64,000 bases of DNA from Candidatus Dadabacteria bacterium (lineage in GTDB: Bacteria > Desulfobacterota_D > UBA1144 > Nemesobacterales > CSP1-2), in assembly GCA_963805855.1 (NCBI GenBank), contig CAWDVW010000007.1, positions 224,001 through 288,000 on the forward strand, given 5' to 3'. The notes beneath the pieces are model-generated. The model was not told the origin of the DNA. It worked only from the letters and a program-made list of their open reading frames with translations, and ran no database searches. Every line of letters begins with the position of its first letter. The stretch's first letter is position 1. Both the position numbers and the translations under genes were made by a program. Positions 17,974 to 28,041 of this stretch are shown here, one piece after another.

Positions 17974-19662
17974 ATGAGTGCAGAGAACGAAGTTGACGTG
18001 TGTATCGTGGGATCTGGCGCCGGAGGTGCTCCTGTAGCATATGCGCTGGGGAAGGCTGGATTCTCGGTTGTAGTTCTCGAAGCGGGTCCTCGATTTACGC
18101 CTAAAGAATACCACCTCGCTCAGGCGGACTGGGAGCAGTATCCCTATCCTCAGCCTTTTGTTGAGCGCGAATATGGTGCGAAGAAAGACGTTTATGCCTA
18201 CAGCCAGCCAGAAACATTAAATCCGAAATATAAAAAACTTCGCTCATGGTCCAAGGCGCAGGGTAATTACAATAACACTGATAGAAGAAGGCCGCCCCAT
18301 GTCGACAGGGCGAAAGGGGTCGGAGGGACAACTCTCCACTACCAGGGCGAAGCGCATCGTTTTTCCACATATGGGTTTAAGTCGAAGTCTCTCTACGGGG
18401 TTGGAGACGACTGGCCAATAAATTACGAAGACCTCGAACCTTATTATGAAAAGGCTGAAAAGTTACTGGGAGTTGCGGGGTTAAATGGGAACCCCTTCAA
18501 ACCGCCTAGGAGTCCATTTCCAAATCCGCCACATAGTCTTAGCTGCGCGAGTGAGAGGGTTAAGGTTGGTTTCGATAAGCTCGGGCTGCATCTCTGGCCT
18601 AATTCTCTGAACATCAACTCAAGACCCTTCGGCGGCAGGCCAGCCTGTAACTATTGTAATGGTTGTTTTCTCGGGTGCATGATGAAGGCAAAGGGCAGCA
18701 TGGATGTAAATTTGATTCCAATAGCGGAAGCAACCGGAAATGTCGAGGTCAGACCAGATTCGGTTGTAAGGGAGATTACAGTAAATAAAAACGGCAAAGT
18801 TGATGGAGTAATTTATTTTGACTCTGATAAGGTCGAAAAAATACAAAAGGCAAAAATAGTCGTTGTTTCAGCGAGCGCACTCGAATCCTCGAGGCTGCTT
18901 TTAAATTCGAAGTCTTCTCAATTTCGGGAAGGCCTTGCCAATACAAGTGGGATGGTCGGAAAGAATTTTATGGAAACAGTAATCTATAGTAATACGGTTC
19001 TTTTCGCTGAACCAATCGAATCGTATAAAGGGCTTCAGATAGATAGCCGCGCCTGGGATTATAATAAGCCGAGGAAGGAAAACAATTTCATGGGTGGACT
19101 TGTTTTTGGAGTGTCAGCCCTTGATTTGCTGGGGCCACTGAGCTACGCGCAGAAGATAGCGCCTGGATGGGGGAAGAAGCATAAGGACTTTATGAAAAGT
19201 TATTTCGGCCATGCACTAAACGTATTTGCGATTGGGGAGCAGTTGCCTCATCAAGAAAACATGATAAGCATTGACCCTGAAGTAAAGGATTATTATGGAA
19301 TTCCAGTTGCCAGGATCTCGACAGAATTAAGCGACAACGACCTCGAGATGTTGTCATTCATGCAGAGAAAGTGTGATGAAATTGTAGAGGCGGCAGGTGC
19401 CCTGGAAAAGGTCAGACAATTCGGCTCTTATGATCTGAGCATGATGTCCCATATGGGCGGTACCTGTAGAATGGGGACCGACCCCAAAACCTCTGTACTA
19501 AACCCATATTGCCAGAGCCATGATGTGAAGAATCTTTTTGTAATCGACAGTAGTTGCTTTGTCACGCAGGGCGGTGGGGACAGCCCATCTCTTACAATTC
19601 ACGCAATTGCATTCAGGGCGTCGGATTATATAATTGGGGAAGCGAAAAAGGGGGACCTGTAG
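17974..19662 (+). CDS. GMC family FAD oxidoreductase (sugar dehydrogenase large subunit with Cys cluster)
   Basis: IVGSGAGG, VGGTT, CNYCNGC-x-x-GC, HMGGTCRMG, PSLTI. Confidence 0.9.
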   Translation: MSAENEVDVCIVGSGAGGAPVAYALGKAGFSVVVLEAGPRFTPKEYHLAQADWEQYPYPQPFVEREYGAKKDVYAYSQPETLNPKYKKLRSWSKAQGNYNNTDRRRPPHVDRAKGVGGTTLHYQGEAHRFSTYGFKSKSLYGVGDDWPINYEDLEPYYEKAEKLLGVAGLNGNPFKPPRSPFPNPPHSLSCASERVKVGFDKLGLHLWPNSLNINSRPFGGRPACNYCNGCFLGCMMKAKGSMDVNLIPIAEATGNVEVRPDSVVREITVNKNGKVDGVIYFDSDKVEKIQKAKIVVVSASALESSRLLLNSKSSQFREGLANTSGMVGKNFMETVIYSNTVLFAEPIESYKGLQIDSRAWDYNKPRKENNFMGGLVFGVSALDLLGPLSYAQKIAPGWGKKHKDFMKSYFGHALNVFAIGEQLPHQENMISIDPEVKDYYGIPVARISTELSDNDLEMLSFMQRKCDEIVEAAGALEKVRQFGSYDLSMMSHMGGTCRMGTDPKTSVLNPYCQSHDVKNLFVIDSSCFVTQGGGDSPSLTIHAIAFRASDYIIGEAKKGDL

Positions 19663-19793
19663 CACGCGGTTTATTAGCCTCAGCGAATAAGAAGTGTCTG
19701 TTGTCCCTGATTCTTGTCTAATCCATTCTGACCGTCCTTTTCAAAAAGGGGGATTCAGAAGAACTCTCTTTCCTGATTTCCAGGGCGCCGCTT

Positions 19794-19907
19794 TGTCATC
19801 TCGAGCGAATGCGAGAGATCTTGTAGTTAAGTTGGTAAAAGAAAAAATCAAAGGAAAGATTTCTCCTTGCAGTCGAAACATGGATTTCTCGCTCCGCTCG
19901 CAATGAC
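19794..19907. repeat. GTCAT-type REPIN-like repeat, inverted copy of 16707-16818
   Basis: 19813-19839 is the exact reverse complement of 16750-16776; aaaggaaagatttctc is the reverse complement of 16725-16740. Confidence 0.85.
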
Positions 19908-19959
19908 AAAAAGGGGGACGAAAACCGATTTCTCATGGAACTCGCGCCGAATTAATGCC

Positions 19960-20060
19960 CGTTCCGTATGGCACAAATCTCCCTTACGGAAATTTCTCTT
20001 CTTGGCTCGTGTAACCCATGTACCCGGTCTATTCTGTTACCCAGGTGCCCGGTTTGGACC
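19960..20060 (-). mobile_element. Isolated IS481-like terminal sequence (remnant)
   Basis: Two 21-bp units 25 bp apart: tgtaacccatgtacccggtct (20010-20030) and tgttacccaggtgcccggttt (20035-20055), resembling IS481-family tandem end repeats; no transposase. Confidence 0.5.
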
Positions 20061-20072
20061 GGGGTGATACTA

Positions 20073-20111
20073 CCCCCATCCTGCCCTTCCCCCTTTTGAA
20101 TGGGGAAGGGA
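20073..20111. repeat. Palindromic element cccccatcctgcccttcccc...ggggaaggga
   Basis: Stem cccttcccc/ggggaaggg preceded by ccccatcc, resembling a widespread intergenic hairpin repeat. Confidence 0.55.
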
Positions 20112-20209
20112 TTTTTATTGATTACCTGCTGGTTAATACTGACTTAAGGTAAGAGCCCTCGTAATCATTATTGAAATATCTCAGTTTTGGGGTTAAACCT
20201 TCCTGTATC

Positions 20210-21307
20210 ATGGAGGAATGGAAATACTGGTTGGGCCTGAGCTTCGTTCCAGGTATAGGTGATGTATGGTCTAAAAATCTAATTTCGAGGTTCCATAACC
20301 CCAGAGCAGTTTTTGAAGCCAGTGTGAAAGAGCTTGATCAGGTAGAAGGGATCGGTGGAAAGGCGGCAGAGGCAATCAAGAATTTCTCAGACTGGGGCAG
20401 GGTCGATACTGAGATCCAGAACTTAAGGAGGCTCGGCTTTAAGCTGGTCTCCATAACCGATAAAGAGTATCCGAGGAATCTCTCGAAGATTTACTATCCC
20501 CCTTCAATTCTCTATTTACACGGTGAGTTCTGCGCGAATGATGAGCAAGCTCTCGCAATAGTTGGCACGAGGGCGGCCGATCGATATGGGAGACTTGTAA
20601 CGGAGAGGTTAGCATCTGAACTGGCATCAATGGGCATCACCATCGTGAGTGGTATGGCGCGTGGGATTGATTCTGTCGCCCACACAGCGGCTTTAAAATC
20701 TGGAGGAAGGACCATAGCCGTTCTGGGGTCAGGCTTGGACGTTATATACCCACCCGAAAATAAAAATCTTTATAATCAGATTTCAGAAAACGGGGCAGTA
20801 ATATCCGAGTTCCCCCTGGGCTCTGATCCGGATGCGGTAAATTTCCCCAAGAGGAATCGAATAATAAGCGGTCTCTCGCTAGGCGTTCTTGTGATTCAAG
20901 CCTCCGAGAAGAGCGGGTCCTTAATCACAGCTTCGTTTGCGCTCGAACAAAACAGGGAGGTTTTTGCTGTGCCCGGTAATATCGCATCAAAACTCAGCCG
21001 TGGAACAAACGCGCTTATAAGACGAGGGGCGAAACTGGTCGATTCAATTGAGGATATCCTGGGTGAGATCGAAGCATTCAGGCGGCTTAAGCCAATGGAA
21101 CCGCCCGTTGATACTGGTCGTATTCTAGAAAGACTCAATGAAGATGGGAGAAGAATCTTTTCCACAATCACGAACGAGCCCATTCATATAGACGATATTA
21201 TCACGCAATCCGGGTTTGAGCCCCACAGGGTCTTATCCACCCTTCTCTCGCTGGAGCTCGAAGGTCTCATTACACAACTTCCTGGTAAAATGTTTCAGCT
21301 AAGATAA
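20210..21307 (+). CDS. dprA: DNA-processing protein DprA/Smf
   Basis: AIVGTR, VSGMARGID, FPKRNRIISG, SGSLITA, REVFAVPG; C-terminal winged helix. Confidence 0.95.
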   Translation: MEEWKYWLGLSFVPGIGDVWSKNLISRFHNPRAVFEASVKELDQVEGIGGKAAEAIKNFSDWGRVDTEIQNLRRLGFKLVSITDKEYPRNLSKIYYPPSILYLHGEFCANDEQALAIVGTRAADRYGRLVTERLASELASMGITIVSGMARGIDSVAHTAALKSGGRTIAVLGSGLDVIYPPENKNLYNQISENGAVISEFPLGSDPDAVNFPKRNRIISGLSLGVLVIQASEKSGSLITASFALEQNREVFAVPGNIASKLSRGTNALIRRGAKLVDSIEDILGEIEAFRRLKPMEPPVDTGRILERLNEDGRRIFSTITNEPIHIDDIITQSGFEPHRVLSTLLSLELEGLITQLPGKMFQLR

Positions 21308-21450
21308 GTCCGAAGTTTTCAGAATGATTCTCCCCTTTACATAAGATAGGTGGTCTGATATTAATGGGGCTTCTGGTTTATTTTTTTTCGAAAATTCTTT
21401 AAGTTTATTGAATTTGTGATATCCTAGAATGACTTTGCAAACGGAGCAAT

Positions 21451-22845
21451 GTGATGAAAATAGGAATTGTCGGCACCGGGTATGTTGGTCTTGTTACAGG
21501 AGCATGCCTGGCATCTAGCGGGAGTAATGTAATCTGTGTCGATATTGATGACCGCAAGATAAAGGCTTTAAAGAAGGGGGTAGTTCCCTTTTACGAGCCG
21601 GGCCTTTCAGAGCTTGTCCGGTCAAACCTTAAGGAGGGGCGGCTCCATTTTACAACGGATATTTCCGAAGCTGTAAAAAAGTCGTTTATTGTGTTTGTGG
21701 CTGTTGGTACGCCTCCCAATGGCGATGGTTCGGCGGATACCGGCATGGTATTCAACGTGGCAAGATCGATCGCAGGGTGCCTGGACGATTATAAAATAAT
21801 TGTAACAAAGAGTACCGTACCCGTTGGAACAACCGAGATGGTCCGTGAAATAATCAGGGGAAATAGTGATTATGAGTTCGATGTGGCATCGAATCCCGAG
21901 TTTCTCAAGGAGGGGGCCGCTGTTGAGGACTTTATGAAACCTGACAGAGTGGTGATCGGCGTCGATAAGCCTTCTGTCGGGGGAATCTTGAAAGAGCTCT
22001 ATTCGCCTTTCATGAGGTCCGGCGACAGGGCTATGGTTGTATCCATAAGGTCAGCTGAACTTGCCAAGTATACTGCGAATGCGATGTTGGCTACGAGAAT
22101 TTCCTTTATGAATGAAATTGCAAATCTCTGTGAGCTTGTTGGTGCTGATGTTTCGGAGATTAGACAGGTCATCGGTAGCGATCACAGAATAGGACGCCAT
22201 TTCTTATTTCCTGGAATTGGCTATGGAGGCTCGTGCTTTCCTAAGGACGTAAGGGCGATCATCAAGACAGCTGGAGACCTGAATTTTGATCTAAGGATCT
22301 GTAAGGCGACGGATCAGGTTAACACACGGCAGAGAGAGCTTTTCTGGCAGAAGATTGAAGGGATTTTCGGGGGGAGGTTAAAGGGTAAAAAGATTGCTTT
22401 ATGGGGTCTCTCATTCAAGCCCAAGACCGACGACATAAGGGAGGCTCCGTCTTTATACGTGATTGATAGGCTGTTGTCGGCTGGCGTTGAGGTAACGGTT
22501 CATGACCCGGTTGCGATGGAGAAAGTAAGGGGAATTTACGGTAAAAAGATAAAATACGCGGAGTCTAACTATGATGCTTGCGTAAATAAAGACGCGCTGG
22601 TAATTAATACAGAATGGAACGAGTACCACCAGCCTGACTTCGCCAAAATGAAGAAAATGATGAGATCCCCAATCATAGTGGATGGCAGGAATTTATATAA
22701 TCCTAAGATGCTTAGGGACCTTGGGTTCATCTATATTGGGGTAGGTATCAATAATCTTGAGAATATCGGCGAGCTCGATGACGGGAGCAGTCTGGCTGAT
22801 CTTGTAAAGAAAACGCCGGGTGTTAAAGCACGACAAAGGATTTAG
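21451..22845 (+). CDS. ugd: UDP-glucose/GDP-mannose 6-dehydrogenase
   Basis: GTGYVG, KSTVPVGT, SNPEFLKEG, GYGGSCFPKD, FKPKTDDIRE. Confidence 0.95.
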   Translation: MMKIGIVGTGYVGLVTGACLASSGSNVICVDIDDRKIKALKKGVVPFYEPGLSELVRSNLKEGRLHFTTDISEAVKKSFIVFVAVGTPPNGDGSADTGMVFNVARSIAGCLDDYKIIVTKSTVPVGTTEMVREIIRGNSDYEFDVASNPEFLKEGAAVEDFMKPDRVVIGVDKPSVGGILKELYSPFMRSGDRAMVVSIRSAELAKYTANAMLATRISFMNEIANLCELVGADVSEIRQVIGSDHRIGRHFLFPGIGYGGSCFPKDVRAIIKTAGDLNFDLRICKATDQVNTRQRELFWQKIEGIFGGRLKGKKIALWGLSFKPKTDDIREAPSLYVIDRLLSAGVEVTVHDPVAMEKVRGIYGKKIKYAESNYDACVNKDALVINTEWNEYHQPDFAKMKKMMRSPIIVDGRNLYNPKMLRDLGFIYIGVGINNLENIGELDDGSSLADLVKKTPGVKARQRI

Positions 22846-23211
22846 GGCGTAATATGGTTAAATAAATGTCATGAGATCATCGTATAAATTTACGATAGAG
22901 GCTATTACCAAACTTTAGAGATAGCTTGTAAATCTTAATCAAACACTTAACATACTTTATCAGGTATAATCTATAATGTGCTTAAATTACTCAATAAGCC
23001 ACAATCACAAATCTCTTTAAAGTCTGTATGCCGCCCGTGATTGATCCCTGAGCAAAAAACCAGTGTCGTTCAATTTCCAGACATGGGCACTCTCAGCGTA
23101 TTGCAAAAGGGTATATTATCAGGTAGAAGGTTCTACAATTTAAGAATAGGATTGAATCTTAAGCTTTTGTGATTAATCTAACAGTTAAAAGACATACAGT
23201 AAGGGGGGTTA

Positions 23212-25320
23212 ATGTCTAAGTCACTTATCATAGTTGAGTCTCCATCCAAGGCGAAGACCATAAAAAAGTATTTGGGTAATGATTACAGCGTCGAGGCTTC
23301 CTCAGGTCATCTAATTGATCTTCCACCCAGCAAACTCGGTGTAGATATAGATAAGGATTTTAAGCCAAACTACGTTGTGATAAAGGGAAAGAACAAATTT
23401 CTCTCTCAGCTTGCCAAGGCTGCAGAAAATGTCGATAGGGTATATCTCGCGTCGGATCCAGACAGAGAGGGAGAAGCAATAGCCTGGCATATCGTGAACA
23501 GGCTTAAATTGAAAGATAGGGCATACAGGGTGCTGATATATGAAATTACTCAAAAGGGCGTACTCGATTCCTTAGAACATCCAACGAACCTGAGCCAGGA
23601 TAGGTTTGAGGCCCAGCAGGCACGGCGAATACTGGACCGGCTCGTAGGATATCAGGTAAGCCCAATTCTTTGGAGGAAAGTAAAGAGGGGTCTGAGTGCG
23701 GGGAGGGTGCAGAGTGTTGCACTCAGGATGATTGTTGAGCGAGAGAGGGATATAGAGAGCTTTAAGACAGAGGAGTACTGGACGGTTGAATCCAATTTGC
23801 AGAAATTGGCAGATGGGCATAACGGGTCATTTCAAGCAATCCTTCATAATTATAATGGCAAAAAGATAAAGATAGGTAATGAAGAAGAGGCCACGAGGAT
23901 TGTGGATTCAATTAAGGGTGAAAGGTTTACGGTTGTTTCTGTCGATAGAAAAGAGAGGATCAGGAAAACACTCCCGCCGTTCATCACAAGTACATTACAG
24001 CAAGAGGCGTCGAGAAAACTTAGGTTTGCTGTGAAAAAAACGATGTCTGTTGCTCAAAAGCTTTACGAGGGCCTAGAACTAGGAGACGAAGGGCCGATGG
24101 GTCTGATAACGTATATGAGAACGGACTCTGTAAGGATATCTGAACATGCTATCGGCGAGGCGAGGTCATACATTAAGGATACGTATGGCGGTGAGTACCT
24201 TCCCAAGAAGCCTAATGTGTTTAAGGTAAAGAAATCTGCTCAAGATGCCCATGAGGCCGTTAGGCCGACTGCGGTGATCAAGACCCCCGACTCGATAAAA
24301 TCCTTTTTAACTGAAGATCAGTTTCAGCTTTATAAGCTCATTTGGAATAGATTTATTGCGTCGCAAATGAATCCTGCGATATATGACCAGACAACGGTTG
24401 ATATAAATGCCGGAAGGGGCGTGTTTCGCGCGACCGGTTCGATTATTAAATTTCCTGGTTTCAGTGTGGTGTACAGAGAGGGAAAGGAAGAGGAGGAAGA
24501 GGCGAAAGACTCCGAAGAAGGCAAGAAGCTGCCCGAATTAGCTGTTGGTGAAGAGCTCAGGGTATTAGAACTCGGCGGGAAGCAACACTTCACGCAACCT
24601 CCGCCTAGGTACACTGAAAGCTCGCTGGTAAAGGAGCTCGAGGAAAAAGGGATAGGTCGTCCGTCGACCTATGCAGCTATACTCTCCACCATACAGGAAA
24701 GGGAATATGTGCTGAAGGAGAAAACCAAGTTAAAGCCGACTGCTCTGGGCCGTTCGGTAAATGATCTTCTTATAGATGGTTTTCCTGAAATCATGGACAT
24801 TAAGTTTACGGCAGAAATGGAGGAAAAACTCGACGAGGTGGAAGAAGGTAAAGCATACTGGGTTGATATCCTGAAGGGGTTTTATAGCGGGTTCTCTTCG
24901 AGGCTCGATAACGCCGAAAGGTCGATGAGAAGCTTGAGAAAAGAGGGGATACCAACGGATATAGATTGCTCACAATGCGGAGCAAAGATGTTGATTAAAT
25001 GGGGTAAAAGAGGAGAGTTTCTATCATGTTCCAGGTATCCGGAATGCAAGAATGCGAAGAAGTTTGCTTACGGTAGGGACGGGGAGATTATGATAATAGA
25101 AAAATCGGAGCCTGAGGTAATGCATGATATCGTTTGCGATCTGTGTGGTAAACCTATGGCGGTTAGGACCAGCAGGTATGGAAAGTTTTTGGGTTGTACC
25201 GGCTATCCCAAATGTAAGAATGTAAAGAAAATCGATCACGTAAGCAAGGATATTGTTGATGGTGGCAAGAGCCATAAAGAGGAAGACGACACAAATCAAC
25301 TAAAAAGGAAGATTATTTAA
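23212..25320 (+). CDS. topA: DNA topoisomerase I with two C-terminal zinc ribbons
   Basis: IVESPSKAKTI, DPDREGEAI, SAGRVQS, LITYMRTDS, GIGRPSTYA. Confidence 0.97.
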   Translation: MSKSLIIVESPSKAKTIKKYLGNDYSVEASSGHLIDLPPSKLGVDIDKDFKPNYVVIKGKNKFLSQLAKAAENVDRVYLASDPDREGEAIAWHIVNRLKLKDRAYRVLIYEITQKGVLDSLEHPTNLSQDRFEAQQARRILDRLVGYQVSPILWRKVKRGLSAGRVQSVALRMIVERERDIESFKTEEYWTVESNLQKLADGHNGSFQAILHNYNGKKIKIGNEEEATRIVDSIKGERFTVVSVDRKERIRKTLPPFITSTLQQEASRKLRFAVKKTMSVAQKLYEGLELGDEGPMGLITYMRTDSVRISEHAIGEARSYIKDTYGGEYLPKKPNVFKVKKSAQDAHEAVRPTAVIKTPDSIKSFLTEDQFQLYKLIWNRFIASQMNPAIYDQTTVDINAGRGVFRATGSIIKFPGFSVVYREGKEEEEEAKDSEEGKKLPELAVGEELRVLELGGKQHFTQPPPRYTESSLVKELEEKGIGRPSTYAAILSTIQEREYVLKEKTKLKPTALGRSVNDLLIDGFPEIMDIKFTAEMEEKLDEVEEGKAYWVDILKGFYSGFSSRLDNAERSMRSLRKEGIPTDIDCSQCGAKMLIKWGKRGEFLSCSRYPECKNAKKFAYGRDGEIMIIEKSEPEVMHDIVCDLCGKPMAVRTSRYGKFLGCTGYPKCKNVKKIDHVSKDIVDGGKSHKEEDDTNQLKRKII

Positions 25321-25542
25321 AAGAGGATACCAACGTATCGAATATTAAAGCATTATTAGTAGGAGTCTTCGGCGGGATGTGTGCTTAATATTGATAATGA
25401 TAGAAACCTTACTCGGAGAATTTTTTGAATTAAAGGTTAATTTCGCCCCCCGCTGAGAAGAGACCAGACTTAACGTTATTCCTCCGGTCCGGAATACCCC
25501 GCACTTGAAAAGATTGAACAACTCCCAGTAAAATCTTTAACT

Positions 25543-28023
25543 GTGACTGAAGGTCTACAGAAAATTTTGGAGTCCCTTGAGAAACCTCTCAGGTTTGCAT
25601 CCAGGACAAACTTTCACAATATCCATAAAGTAAAGGATCTGGACAAGGTGGTAGAAGACATAACTCTCAGAGCACTATCGCTCGACCTGAGCGAAAAAGA
25701 GGTTGCGATGCTTAAATCTTTAAGGGAGTCATTCGGCGCATATAATAGATTACAGCTTGACGGTAAGAAAAAATTAATAATGGACTCACTCGGTTTAATA
25801 ACTAGATTAAAGGGTTTTGACGACTATCCTGTTGATGAGACTTTGGCAACTCCAGAAGTCAATAGTCCTGCACCCGATAAAATGGATATATCGCAAATCT
25901 CGATCCAATATGTGAAGGGGGTCGGGCCCAGGATAGCTGAATTACTTTCAAGGAGAGGTATAAAGACAGTTGAAGATGCCCTTAATTACTTTCCGCGCAA
26001 ATATGAAGATAGAAGAAACATTAAGAGAATATCTACACTAAAGCCTAATACCCGCCAGACTGTAATGGGTAAAATTGTTCTCAGCGGAGTGGTGAGATCG
26101 AGGTCAAGGGGAATTTATCAGGTTATTGTTTCCGATGGAACAGGAACGCTCGCTCTTTCGTGGTATCAATACAGTCCTAAATATCTCAAGGCAACATATA
26201 AGAAGGGTTATACGGTAATATTGAGTGGAGATGTGACTTTAAATCGCTACAACAATACGCTTCAGATTGTCCATCCAAGTCCTGATGATGTAGAGGTTTT
26301 TGATGACATTGAAGGCATCGAAAAAGACATGCTCAATTTCAATAGGATCGTTCCGATTTACCCATTGACCGAGGGTATAAAACAGAGACGTATCAGGAAG
26401 ATTGAAAGCCTTGTATTGGATACTTATGCTAAAAGCCTATTCGATTATGTTCCATACGAAGTAAGGAAGAGAAATCATCTAATAGGTATAGATCAGGCAA
26501 TCTCAAGGGTTCACTTCCCAAGCAATTCGGACAACCCTGTAGATTTGTCGGATACGAGTTCTATTTATAATTCTCTCCCTCACAGGACCGTTTCATTCAA
26601 TGAATTTTTCCTCCTGGAGGTAGGGCTTGCCCTTAAAAAGCGCGACGTTTCGAAAATGCCCGGGATATCATTTAATCCTACGGGAGAGCTTACTAAAAAA
26701 CTGCTTTTAGGGCTTCCATTCAAGCTTACCTCTGCTCAATCACGTGTCCTTTCTGAGATAGAGGCTGATATGAGAGGAGATCGCCCCATGAACAGGCTTC
26801 TCCAGGGGGATGTGGGGAGCGGTAAAACCGTGGTGGCACTGTTGTCCATGTTAAAAGCGGTCGAGAGCGGATACCAGGCTGCTTTAATGGCGCCTACAGA
26901 AATCCTCGCTGAACAGCATTTGAGGTCTGTCCTCAAATATGTTGATGGATTTGGTATTAAGGTCGTACTCTTGAAGAGTGCTCAAACTAGAAACGAGAAA
27001 GAGTCGAATTATGATGCAATCAGTTCTGGAGATGCAAACATAGTTATTGGAACACATGCGTTGCTTCAAGGGAAGGTTGAATTCAGAGAGCTTGGCTTTG
27101 TGGTGATAGATGAGCAGCACAGATTTGGGGTGATTCAGAGAGCCCTACTGAGAAGTAAGGGTAAGAACCCCGACGTTCTTGTTATGACTGCTACACCTAT
27201 TCCAAGGACCCTTGCCATGACCGTATATGGAGATCTCGATGTTTCCATTCTCGATGAAATGCCCCCTCATCAACAGTCGATAAAGACCTTCGTCTTCTTC
27301 GAGGAAAAAGGCGCACGCGATAAAGCATATGACCTTGTCAGGCAGGAGGTTACCAAAGGGAGACAGGCATATATTGTCTATCCTTTGATTGAGGAGTCTG
27401 AAAGCCCCGACCATAGGGAGTTGAGGTTCGCAACTAAAATGTTTGATGAGTTGAAGGAGGATGTATTTCCTGAATTTCGACTTGGTCTACTTCACGGGAG
27501 GATGAAGACTGAAGATAAGAATGAGGTTATGAAAGGATTTATTTCGTGCCAAATTGATATCCTTGTCGCGACAACCGTGGTAGAGGTTGGGGTGGATGTT
27601 CCGAATGCGACGGTTATGGTAATCGAAAATTCTGAGAGATACGGTCTCTCACAACTCCATCAATTGCGGGGTCGGGTTGGGAGAGGGGAACATGAGTCTA
27701 TATGCATCTTAATATCCGCTGCGAGGAGATCCGTTGATGCTCACCAGAGGCTCTCTATTTTGAAGGGTACTTCTGATGGTTTTAGAATTGCAGAAGCGGA
27801 TCTCATGATTCGGGGTCCAGGGGAGTTCATTGGAACTAGGCAATCCGGTCTGCCGGAGTTCAGGTTTGCGAACTTGTTGAGAGACGCTAGAATACTTGGT
27901 GAGGCCAGAAATGAGGCTTTTAATATCATAAGAGAGGATCCGACACTTGCCAATTATCCGAGATTGTTTAAAGAAGTTCTCAAAAGATGGGGGGAGAGTC
28001 TGGAGCTTGCCGGTATTTCTTAG
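25543..28023 (+). CDS. recG: ATP-dependent DNA helicase RecG (N-terminally extended)
   Basis: LQGDVGSGKT, IDEQHRFGV, MTATPIPRTL, QLHQLRGRVGRG. Confidence 0.97.
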   Translation: MTEGLQKILESLEKPLRFASRTNFHNIHKVKDLDKVVEDITLRALSLDLSEKEVAMLKSLRESFGAYNRLQLDGKKKLIMDSLGLITRLKGFDDYPVDETLATPEVNSPAPDKMDISQISIQYVKGVGPRIAELLSRRGIKTVEDALNYFPRKYEDRRNIKRISTLKPNTRQTVMGKIVLSGVVRSRSRGIYQVIVSDGTGTLALSWYQYSPKYLKATYKKGYTVILSGDVTLNRYNNTLQIVHPSPDDVEVFDDIEGIEKDMLNFNRIVPIYPLTEGIKQRRIRKIESLVLDTYAKSLFDYVPYEVRKRNHLIGIDQAISRVHFPSNSDNPVDLSDTSSIYNSLPHRTVSFNEFFLLEVGLALKKRDVSKMPGISFNPTGELTKKLLLGLPFKLTSAQSRVLSEIEADMRGDRPMNRLLQGDVGSGKTVVALLSMLKAVESGYQAALMAPTEILAEQHLRSVLKYVDGFGIKVVLLKSAQTRNEKESNYDAISSGDANIVIGTHALLQGKVEFRELGFVVIDEQHRFGVIQRALLRSKGKNPDVLVMTATPIPRTLAMTVYGDLDVSILDEMPPHQQSIKTFVFFEEKGARDKAYDLVRQEVTKGRQAYIVYPLIEESESPDHRELRFATKMFDELKEDVFPEFRLGLLHGRMKTEDKNEVMKGFISCQIDILVATTVVEVGVDVPNATVMVIENSERYGLSQLHQLRGRVGRGEHESICILISAARRSVDAHQRLSILKGTSDGFRIAEADLMIRGPGEFIGTRQSGLPEFRFANLLRDARILGEARNEAFNIIREDPTLANYPRLFKEVLKRWGESLELAGIS

Positions 28024-28041
28024 AAACAGGATTTTGAAATT

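Noticed and set aside
19694-20067. Two short ORFs of 70 and 66 aa
   Set aside because: Made of translated repeat and IS-end sequence
25321-25340. aagaggataccaacg after the topA stop resembling 24941-24957 inside topA
   Set aside because: Only about 10 bp exact; could be chance
25440-25505. Possible riboswitch upstream of recG (ctgaga motif and hairpin)
   Set aside because: Remaining TPP or other riboswitch consensus elements not found
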